Below are positions 51,011-64,000 of a stretch of 64,000 bases of DNA, in pieces (positions within the stretch are counted from its first letter, which is position 1; the number at the start of each line of letters is the position of its first letter). This stretch comes from an uncultured Heliomicrobium sp. (lineage in GTDB: Bacteria; Acidobacteriota; Blastocatellia; RBC074), in NCBI GenBank assembly GCA_964470555.1, contig CAYYDG010000004.1, positions 33,053 through 97,052 on the forward strand. The letters run 5' to 3'. The notes under the pieces are model-generated. The model did no database searches. It saw only the letters and a list, made by a program, of their open reading frames with translations, and was not told the DNA's origin. Position numbers and translations under genes: made by a program.

Positions 51011-51556
51011 TTATTTTTCTTGTGACGGCTGTGGCTGGCTGATGATAAACGGCAGGCTTTTTCCTGCGTAAACCAGCATCCCTATTCGCACTTCTTCTTT
51101 TACCCGGTGAAAGCTGAAAATCGTTTCAAACGATTGGCCGGGATTGAGCCGGACAATGCCATCCGGCGGAAAATCCTTTCCATTGACCGAGCGTCTGTCT
51201 CGCAATCGGTATTCGCGGCATTTTTCGTCGAGCAAAAACGCACGGTCTTTTTCGCCTATCAACCATCGTCCGGCGCTCAATCTGTAAGCGGGAAGCTGAA
51301 ATTCGACCGGCGAATCGGTTGCATAAATCACCACGCGCACGGCGGTTTCGTTTGGAGCATTGGTGACGGATACGATTGCAAGTTGAGGCACTCCGTCTCC
51401 GTCGCTGGCCTGTTTGCATTTTGCCAAACCGCTGACGGTTTCCTGCATTGCGGCGACGCGAACCGATTCAGGGTCTTTTGAGCATCGGCCCGCCAACAGC
51501 GACAAACTTGCCGCAACAATCAACAACAAATTGCCGCCTGGTTTCCACACGTCCAT
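51011..51556 (-). CDS. Hypothetical lipoprotein/secreted protein
   Basis: Start at MDVWKPGG...LLAGRCS (lipobox-like) with a GGAGAA SD. The upstream part of the ORF-track ORF overlaps tilS and was rejected. Confidence 0.4.
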   Translation of the reverse strand: MDVWKPGGNLLLIVAASLSLLAGRCSKDPESVRVAAMQETVSGLAKCKQASDGDGVPQLAIVSVTNAPNETAVRVVIYATDSPVEFQLPAYRLSAGRWLIGEKDRAFLLDEKCREYRLRDRRSVNGKDFPPDGIVRLNPGQSFETIFSFHRVKEEVRIGMLVYAGKSLPFIISQPQPSQEK

Positions 51557-51662
51557 TTCTGTTCTCCGGTCGTAAGGTTTGAAAAATTCCTGCCCGCGTT
51601 TCAAAGTGAAGGCGATTTCTTTCGGCGGAGAATTTACCTTTTGACGATGGAACTGCAAAGAA

Positions 51663-52700
51663 GTGACGAAGCTTGAGCAAAAATTGAAACCGGCAATTCG
51701 GCGATTGGGCATTGGCGAAAACGGTTCGCTTGTTGTGGCCGTTTCCGGCGGAATGGATTCGGTGGCGTTGCTGGACGCGCTGGTTCGACTGCGCCAGCAA
51801 GGCAAATTGGCGGTCAAACTGGTGGTCGCCCATTTGAATCACAGGCTTCGCGGTGAAGAATCCGATGGTGACGAAGCATTTGTGCGCAGTCTGGCCACCG
51901 AGCTTGAATTGGATTGTCTGACGGAACAGATTGCTGTCGCTGAAATTGCGCTTCAGGAAAAACAAAATCTGGAAGCGGTAGCGCGGCGGCTGCGTTATGA
52001 ATTTCTGGCGCGAACGGCTGAGAAAGTCGGCGCAACGTTTGTTTGCACGGCTCACACGCTGGACGATCAAGCCGAAACCGTGCTGATGCGATTGTTGCGC
52101 GGCGCTGGCGCGGAAGGTCTGGCGGGCATTCAACCGGTCAGGCCGCTATGCCAATACGTCACGCTGATTCGCCCTTTGCTGGCCGTCACGCGTGAAGAAG
52201 TGGCAGCACATTGCGATCAGTATCAATTGGAATTTCGCCACGACAGTTCCAACGATTCGACGTTCTTTACACGCAATCGCATCCGGCAAGAACTGTTGCC
52301 ATTGCTCAAAAGTTTCAATCCGCGTGTGGCTCAAACGCTGGCTCGGTTGGCGAATTTGCTGGCTGACGACGAAGGTTTTTTGCAATCAACAACGACCGAA
52401 GCGCTGGCTGAAACCCGGCAAGGCAAAGGGCTGAGCATCAAACGGTTGATGATGTTGCACGTGGCAATTCGTCGCCGTTTGTTGCGAATGTGGATCAAGG
52501 AAGTTCGCGGCGGTTTGCAACGCATCGAAGCGGTTCATCTGGCTGCAATCGAGCGATTGATCGTCGCCGGAAAAAGCGGGCGTATCATTGAATTGCCTGG
52601 AGGATGGCAAGTCCGACGCAAATCCGGCGTTCTGGAACTTGCGCAGGCTGAAACCAGAGCGGATTATGCGGAAAACGCCGTCGAAGACAGCGCGGATTGA
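51663..52700 (+). CDS. tilS: tRNA(Ile)-lysidine synthetase
   Basis: PP-loop SGGMDS; TilS N-terminal ATP-pyrophosphatase domain. GTG start. Confidence 0.85.
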   Translation: MTKLEQKLKPAIRRLGIGENGSLVVAVSGGMDSVALLDALVRLRQQGKLAVKLVVAHLNHRLRGEESDGDEAFVRSLATELELDCLTEQIAVAEIALQEKQNLEAVARRLRYEFLARTAEKVGATFVCTAHTLDDQAETVLMRLLRGAGAEGLAGIQPVRPLCQYVTLIRPLLAVTREEVAAHCDQYQLEFRHDSSNDSTFFTRNRIRQELLPLLKSFNPRVAQTLARLANLLADDEGFLQSTTTEALAETRQGKGLSIKRLMMLHVAIRRRLLRMWIKEVRGGLQRIEAVHLAAIERLIVAGKSGRIIELPGGWQVRRKSGVLELAQAETRADYAENAVEDSAD

Positions 52701-52855
52701 AACAGTTTTGGAAATTGCAGCCGTACACAAAGTCGAAACCTTGCAGATGAGTGGGGCGTCTAAAACTTTGTTGCGCATTTGCGGGCAAAATGGCGAGCGA
52801 AATTCGCCGCGATAAGCTAGAATGCCTGCCAGGATTTCAACGGAGGTAACTGATT

Positions 52856-54772
<1,917 letters not shown>

Positions 54773-54802
54773 TGACGTGAACGTGGGATTCAATGAAAAG
54801 GT

Positions 54803-54836
54803 GAAGGGGCGATCAATCGCCTCTTCGCCTTTTTTG
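54803..54836 (+). terminator. Rho-independent terminator after ftsH
   Basis: GAAGGGGCGAT/ATCGCCTCTTC stem, then GCCTTTTTTG. Confidence 0.5.
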
Positions 54837-54855
54837 TTATGCGGAGAAAAAAAAC

Positions 54856-56526
54856 GTGCGATTGTTCAACACCGCAATTATCTGCTTTTCGATGGCGCTG
54901 ATCGTTGGCGCTTCAATCCAGAAAACCTCATCTTCAATCAAATTCGCCGATGTGACGAAAGCAGCCGGTATCAACTTCGTTCACGATTCCGCAAAGGAAA
55001 AGAAATACATCGTCGAAAGCATGGGCGGTGGCGTGGCTGTGTTTGATTTTGACGGCGATGGGCGATTGGACATTTACCTGCTCAATTCGTATTCGGTCGA
55101 AGCCGCATTGGCCAAAAAGCCTCGTCCGGCGGCGGCGCTGTATCGAAATCTGGGCAACGGCAAATTTGAAGAGGTCGCGGCCAAAGTCGGTCTGGCCGAT
55201 CCGGGCTGGGCGATGGGCGTTTCCGTCGCTGATTTCGATAACGACGGCGACGATGATCTGTACATCACCTGTTTTGGCGCAAACAAACTCTATCGAAACT
55301 CCGGCGGCAAATTTGAAGACGTCACCGCCAAAGCGGGCGTCGGCGACACGCGCTTTTCCACTGGCGCGGCGTGGGGCGATTATGACCGCGATGGTGACCT
55401 TGATTTGTTCGTCGCCAATTACGTCGAATTTTCGCTCGACAAATTGCCGCAATTTGGCAAAGGCGAAACCTGCCGCTATCGCAATGTCGAAGTCCAATGC
55501 GGGCCGCGCGGTTTGCCCGGCGCAGGCGATACGCTTTATCGCAACAACGGCGACGGTACGTTCACAGATGTCAGCAAACAAGCCAAGGTCGAAGACGCCG
55601 AGGGGCATTACGGATTGGGCGTGGTCTGGACGGATTTCGATGACGACGGCTGGCCGGATATTTTCGTCGCCAACGATGCGACGCCGAATTACGCCTATCG
55701 CAACAATCACGACGGAACATTCACCGAAATGGGATTGATGCTCGGTGTGGCCGTGGATGAAAACGGCGTCGAGCAAGGTTCGATGGGAATTTCCGTTGCC
55801 GATTATGACCGCGATGGAAAGCTGGATTTGATCGTCACTAACTTTGCCGAACAGTACAACACCATTTATCGCAAAAACGCCGATGGAACATTCAGCGATG
55901 TGACGCGCGCGACCAAAACTGCTGAACCGGCCTTGCCTCTGGTTGGTTGGGGCGTGAAGTTTTTCGATGCCGACCACGACGGTTGGCCGGATTTGCTGGC
56001 GGTCAATGGGCATGTTTACCCGCAAATCGAAGGCGCGTTTTCCGGCGGGCAATATCCTCAACGAAAATTGTTTTACCGAAATTTGGGCAACGGAACCTTT
56101 GCCGACTTGTCGAACGAGGTCGGCGAAGCGTTGATGATTCGCAGAGCTTCGCGCGGCGCAGCATTCGGCGATTACGACGAAGACGGCGACGTGGATGTGA
56201 TCGTCAACGAACTGGACGGCGCGCCTGTGCTGTTGCGCAATGAAACCGGATCGAAATCCGGCAACTGGATCAGCCTGAAATTGACCGGTACGAAATCCAA
56301 CCGCAACGCCGTTGGCGCGCGCGTCGAAGTGAAAGCTGGCAGTTTGACGCAGATAGACGAAGTTCGCGCGGGCGACAGTTACATTTCGCATTCCGATTGG
56401 CGATTGCATTTCGGCTTGGGTGAAGCAAAGGTTGTGGATGAAATCAGCATTCGCTGGCCGAGCGGAAAGACGGAAAAGCGGACAAAAGTCGCCGTGAATC
56501 AAGTACTGAAAATCGCCGAGAAATAA
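54856..56526 (+). CDS. FG-GAP repeat / ASPIC-UnbV (CRTAC1-like) protein, secreted
   Basis: Multiple FG-GAP-like repeats (FDFDGDGRLDIY, DFDNDGDDDLY, DYDRDGDLDLFV) and a C-terminal ASPIC/UnbV-like region. Confidence 0.8.
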   Translation: MRLFNTAIICFSMALIVGASIQKTSSSIKFADVTKAAGINFVHDSAKEKKYIVESMGGGVAVFDFDGDGRLDIYLLNSYSVEAALAKKPRPAAALYRNLGNGKFEEVAAKVGLADPGWAMGVSVADFDNDGDDDLYITCFGANKLYRNSGGKFEDVTAKAGVGDTRFSTGAAWGDYDRDGDLDLFVANYVEFSLDKLPQFGKGETCRYRNVEVQCGPRGLPGAGDTLYRNNGDGTFTDVSKQAKVEDAEGHYGLGVVWTDFDDDGWPDIFVANDATPNYAYRNNHDGTFTEMGLMLGVAVDENGVEQGSMGISVADYDRDGKLDLIVTNFAEQYNTIYRKNADGTFSDVTRATKTAEPALPLVGWGVKFFDADHDGWPDLLAVNGHVYPQIEGAFSGGQYPQRKLFYRNLGNGTFADLSNEVGEALMIRRASRGAAFGDYDEDGDVDVIVNELDGAPVLLRNETGSKSGNWISLKLTGTKSNRNAVGARVEVKAGSLTQIDEVRAGDSYISHSDWRLHFGLGEAKVVDEISIRWPSGKTEKRTKVAVNQVLKIAEK

Positions 56527-57645
56527 TCAGGGCTTGGGTGTGTTGGCGCGGTCTTTTTTGAGCTGTTCGGCTTTCAGGCGCTGGACTTCGGCGAATTCGC
56601 GGGCAGCATCTTCTTTGCGCCCAAGTTGCTGATAAGTTCGAGCCAAAGCGTAGCGCAATTCGTGGTCGTCGGATTTTTTCTTCGCGGCGAATTCCAGCAA
56701 TTTGACCGCTTCTGCCGGTTGGCCTTGTTTGAACAGAATTTTGCCGAGCAAGCCGTTGGCTTCGGGCAATTGCGAATCGAGTTTAAGTGCGGCCTCTACC
56801 CAATGTCGCGCCTCAGTCAGGTTGCCATCTTTTTCATAAGCTTCGGCCAGGTAATACAGCGAAGGCGTGTCCAGTGGATTGCGTTTGGTTTCGACTTCAA
56901 ATGCTGCGATGGCCTCTTTGTGTTTGCCCAGCATGAAATTCGCCAGACCGAGCGAAAAATGCAATCGCGGCAAGTCGGCATTGAGTTTGGCGGCGGTCTG
57001 CAACTCTTCCAGCGCGTGATCGTAATCGCGGTCGCGCAGAAACGCCTGACCTTGCAATAAATGCAGCGCAGGCAATCCGGCGGGGAACGCCGCCAACCGT
57101 TCCAACGTCGCGCGCAACCCGGATTTTCCCAGCCGCAAATACGCCAATCCAGCCGCATACAAAACCGCCGGATCAGGCTGCGTAGCGTCCAGTGTCGGTT
57201 CCAATTGCCGCAGCGCTTCTTCGTCGCGTCCCAGCGCCGACAACGAAAGCCCGTACAGTTGCCGCGCCTGCGCCAGATCGGGTTTTTGCTCCAACAATTT
57301 TTCAAAGCTTTCGATGGCTTTGGCGAATTGTCCGGCGCGGTAATGCGCGATTCCAAGATTGAACAGAATCGGCGTCATCTGCGGCGCGAGTTTCAATGCC
57401 GCCGTGTACGCGGCAACAGATTCTTCGTATCGTCCCAGTCGCGCCAGCACGACGCCCAGATTGGCCTGAGCTTCAACGTAATCGGGTTTGCGTTTGAGCA
57501 GCGCGCGATATTCATCGGCGGCTTCAGCCAGTTTGCCCTCTTGTTGCAAGGTGACTGCGCGCTGAAATTGCGCGACAACATCTTCTGTTGGTTGTTGCGG
57601 CAGAAACGCGAAAGCAAAAAGAAATGTCAGAACCAAATGCATCAT
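56527..57645 (-). CDS. TPR repeat protein, secreted
   Basis: Signal peptide plus about 9 TPR units (AEAADEYRALLKRKPDY...). Confidence 0.7.
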   Translation of the reverse strand: MMHLVLTFLFAFAFLPQQPTEDVVAQFQRAVTLQQEGKLAEAADEYRALLKRKPDYVEAQANLGVVLARLGRYEESVAAYTAALKLAPQMTPILFNLGIAHYRAGQFAKAIESFEKLLEQKPDLAQARQLYGLSLSALGRDEEALRQLEPTLDATQPDPAVLYAAGLAYLRLGKSGLRATLERLAAFPAGLPALHLLQGQAFLRDRDYDHALEELQTAAKLNADLPRLHFSLGLANFMLGKHKEAIAAFEVETKRNPLDTPSLYYLAEAYEKDGNLTEARHWVEAALKLDSQLPEANGLLGKILFKQGQPAEAVKLLEFAAKKKSDDHELRYALARTYQQLGRKEDAAREFAEVQRLKAEQLKKDRANTPKP

Positions 57646-57688
57646 GGCGATGAAACTTTACCGCGAAATCAAATGAGACAGAACCGGG

Positions 57689-58699
57689 TCAGGGCTTTTT
57701 GCCAGTGGATGTGCTGCGTTCGCGCCAATCGGCTTCAATCTTTCGCAAATTGGCGGCATCGGCGGCATTGGGGTTGAATTTCAGATAAGTCGCAATGGAA
57801 TCCGCCGCTTCCTTGAATTTTTGTTCGTGCGCGTAAATTTCCGCCAGATAGACGTGCGCGCGCGCGGCGCTGCTGGCTCCCAGTTTCAGCGCCTGCTGAA
57901 AACATTGCCGGGCTTCTTCGTAACGGTTGAGCGACAGATTGGCGTATCCAAGCAGCAACAAAGTCATCGGCGCATTCGGATCGAGCACGAATGATTTTTC
58001 CAGGTTACTGACCGCCGCTTGAAAATTCTTCTGTTGAATCTGGCAATGCCCTATGCCGCGATACGCCGGAGCGTATTTGTCGTTGAGTTGCAGGGCACGA
58101 ACGAAATCCGTTTCGGCTTCGGCCAGTTTGTTGTGCTGCGTCAGCAAGTTGCCGCGTTCGGCCAGCGCCTGAAAGTAATCGGGAAACAAATCAATCGCCT
58201 TGTTGAATTGTTCCAGCGCCTGTTGCGGGCGATTTTCTTTTTGAAACTTCACGCCCTGTTCATAAGCTTTGCGAGCGTCTTTGGGAATGTTTTGCGCGGC
58301 TTCAATGGCGCTGATTGTGCCGGGTTTGGCTTCTTTTTTATCGCTGTGCATCGGCAATCGCAGATAGACATTGATTTGCAGCCGATTGGCATACGCGCGC
58401 GTCGTGTCGGATTCCGCCGGTTCTGAAAATTGTTCCGGCACGTCCGGGTTGGTGGCGTAAACGCGATACCGTCCGGCGGCCATTCCGCGAAAATCATAAT
58501 TGCCTTCCTGGTCGGTCAGCACGTCGCGTTTCAATCCGTTGAATGTTTCGATGAAGACCCTGACCCGCGCTGCCGGTTGGCCATCCGGCAAACTGACTCG
58601 TCCGAAAATCGTGAATCCACCTTGCCACGCTGCCGAACTGAAAACTACAAGACAAGGCAGAACCAAAGAAAGCGTGCGAAGAAAAAAAGGCTTTTGCAT
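57689..58699 (-). CDS. Carboxypeptidase-regulatory-like domain + TPR repeat protein, secreted
   Basis: Cna-B/CarbopepD_reg-like beta domain (GRVSLPDGQPAARVRVFIE...TDQEGNYDFRGMAAGRYRVYA) followed by TPRs. Confidence 0.6.
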   Translation of the reverse strand: MQKPFFLRTLSLVLPCLVVFSSAAWQGGFTIFGRVSLPDGQPAARVRVFIETFNGLKRDVLTDQEGNYDFRGMAAGRYRVYATNPDVPEQFSEPAESDTTRAYANRLQINVYLRLPMHSDKKEAKPGTISAIEAAQNIPKDARKAYEQGVKFQKENRPQQALEQFNKAIDLFPDYFQALAERGNLLTQHNKLAEAETDFVRALQLNDKYAPAYRGIGHCQIQQKNFQAAVSNLEKSFVLDPNAPMTLLLLGYANLSLNRYEEARQCFQQALKLGASSAARAHVYLAEIYAHEQKFKEAADSIATYLKFNPNAADAANLRKIEADWRERSTSTGKKP

Positions 58700-58769
58700 A
58701 AGCTCAAAGGAAAAACGGGGACTGCAAAAAATTTGCAATCCCCGTGAAAGTGTCAAAGTTCAGATTGGC

Positions 58770-62528
<3,759 letters not shown>

Positions 62529-62849
62529 GGTTTCCTCCAAGGAGATGGACAGGCGACCAGACGGACGCCTTATGATTGGGTGGTTAGGCGAATGACTGAT
62601 GGCAGTCCTTCACCTGCTTTAATCAAAAAAGAAGGATTCGAGCTTAATTTATGAAACCGGAAATGGTTCGGAGATGAATCTTGCTTTCAGCAAGTCCTGC
62701 GTAATGCTGATGCGTTTTTGTGAGTGTCCAGCAAAGCTATTTGATTTGGTTTTTGAGCTTCATCGAAATCATGGAAGCTGCATCAGCGGCGCGGATTATC
62801 TGCCTGACTGAAAGAACCTGTCAAGGAAGGTAAGACCAAATAGGTTTTT

Positions 62850-64000
62850 TTATTGTTCATACGCAAATGCCGCATTCAGCAATCGCGCCTCATCAAAGTG
62901 ATTGCCGATCAATTGCAACCCAATGGGCAAGCCTGCTGCTGATGCGCCGCAGGGAATACTGATCGCGGGAACTCCGGCCAGATTGATCGTCACTGTGTAA
63001 ATGTCGCCCAGATACATCGCCAAAGGGTCATCGGATTTTTCGCCGATTTTGAACGCAGGCGTCGGCGCCGTTGGCGTAGCAATCACATCGCATTTCTGGA
63101 ACGCTTCGGCAAAATCGTTGGCCAGCATGGCGCGCACGCGCTGCGCCTTTTCGTAATAAGCGTCGTAATACCCCGATGACAACGCAAACGTGCCAAGCAT
63201 AATGCGGCGTTTGACTTCGGCGCCGAAACCTTCGTCGCGCGTGCGGCGATACAGATCGGACAAGGAGCGTGCGTCTTCGGTTCGATAACCGTACCGAACG
63301 CCGTCAAACCGCGCCAGATTCGACGAAGCCTCAGCCGTCGCAATCAGGTAATACACGGCGACGACGTATTTGGTGTGTGGCAAATGAATTTCGACGATTT
63401 CCGCGCCACGCTCTTTCAGCTTGGCGATGGCAGCTTTGACACTCGCTTTGACTTCACCATCCAGGCCTTCGCCGAAACATTCAGGCGGCACGCCTACGCG
63501 CAAACCTTTGATGTCGCCGGTCAGCGCCGACAAATAATCCGGCACAGGTTCATTGGCCGAAGTCGAATCGTGGCGGTCGTGGCCGGAAATCGCCGTCAAT
63601 ACGCGCGCAGCATCTTTGACAGAAGTCGCAAACGGCCCGATTTGATCCAGCGACGACGCATACGCCACCAAACCGAAACGCGAAACTCGTCCATACGTTG
63701 GCTTCAATCCGACGATTCCACAAAACGAAGCCGGTTGGCGAATCGAACCTCCGGTGTCCGAACCGAGCGAAACCGGTACGTGACCGGCGGCGACAGCCAC
63801 TGCCGAACCGCCAGAACTGCCGCCGGGAACATAATCGTTGTTGACAGGATTTCGCACCGCGCCGAAGGCAGAATTTTCCGTTGAACTGCCCATCGCAAAT
63901 TCATCCATGTTGGCTTTGGCGACCAAAATGGCTCCGGCTTCTTCCAGTTTTTTGACGGCGGTTGCCGTGTATGGAGGCAGATAATTTCCCAGAATCTGCG
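62850..64000 (-). CDS. gatA: Asp-tRNA(Asn)/Glu-tRNA(Gln) amidotransferase subunit A (amidase signature), 5'-truncated by window edge
   Basis: Amidase signature [49 protein letters not shown] and a GatA C-terminus. The N-terminus lies beyond position 64000. Confidence 0.85.
   Translation of the reverse strand, partial: QILGNYLPPYTATAVKKLEEAGAILVAKANMDEFAMGSSTENSAFGAVRNPVNNDYVPGGSSGGSAVAVAAGHVPVSLGSDTGGSIRQPASFCGIVGLKPTYGRVSRFGLVAYASSLDQIGPFATSVKDAARVLTAISGHDRHDSTSANEPVPDYLSALTGDIKGLRVGVPPECFGEGLDGEVKASVKAAIAKLKERGAEIVEIHLPHTKYVVAVYYLIATAEASSNLARFDGVRYGYRTEDARSLSDLYRRTRDEGFGAEVKRRIMLGTFALSSGYYDAYYEKAQRVRAMLANDFAEAFQKCDVIATPTAPTPAFKIGEKSDDPLAMYLGDIYTVTINLAGVPAISIPCGASAAGLPIGLQLIGNHFDEARLLNAAFAYEQ

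Noticed and set aside
51557-51817. Upstream part of minus-strand ORF 51011..51817
   Set aside because: Overlaps the tilS start; the SD-supported ATG at 51556 gives a lipoprotein-like N-terminus.

Overview
This is a high-GC (roughly 58-60%) bacterial chromosomal window that is mostly ordinary housekeeping sequence. The gene content is consistent with an Acidobacteria-like organism; that inference rests on hpnH, a carboxypeptidase-regulatory-like TonB-dependent outer-membrane protein, a Tat-signal Gfo/Idh/MocA oxidoreductase, an FG-GAP/ASPIC protein and many TPR proteins. I could not run any database search, so family assignments come from motifs I recognise by eye. I support about 55 protein-coding genes. 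They include a truncated uxaC at the left edge, a lactate permease, and a TlpA-like thioredoxin. On the minus strand I read an rpmE - DUF1385 - prfA - prmC operon. Further genes are an ABC transporter pair with an M16 peptidase, nudF, a CPBP protease, accD, two M28 peptidases, a B12-binding radical SAM protein, and a two-subunit AcnX with TauE and a PLP dehydratase. There is also a hybrid histidine kinase, tsaE, nnr, a lytic transglycosylase, an acyl-CoA dehydrogenase, and a bacilliredoxin-like protein. Beyond these are a di-heme cytochrome c peroxidase, hpnH, an RRM protein, CdnL, tilS-ftsH, and a truncated gatA at the right edge. I found no tRNA, rRNA or CRISPR.

The most unusual element is a ~0.9 kb noncoding tandem array at 14115-15025, five ~165-205 nt units. 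Every unit carries two conserved motifs: ACACGGGGGUCGGAUU on the 5' side, and GAACGGGGCACA in the loop of a long helix whose base pairs show compensatory changes between copies. A strong rho-independent terminator at 15235-15283 follows it on the + strand. I think it is a candidate novel structured ncRNA locus.

Other points worth a second look: a ~1250-codon TonB-dependent receptor-like gene interrupted by a single in-frame TAG; a 26-aa Lys/Ala-rich ORF with a near-consensus promoter, strong SD and terminator; a ~95 nt A/T-rich extended palindrome at the nnr/tsaE junction; and several uncharacterised small operons. The high GC content produces many long spurious antisense ORFs in the six-frame track, which I rejected.
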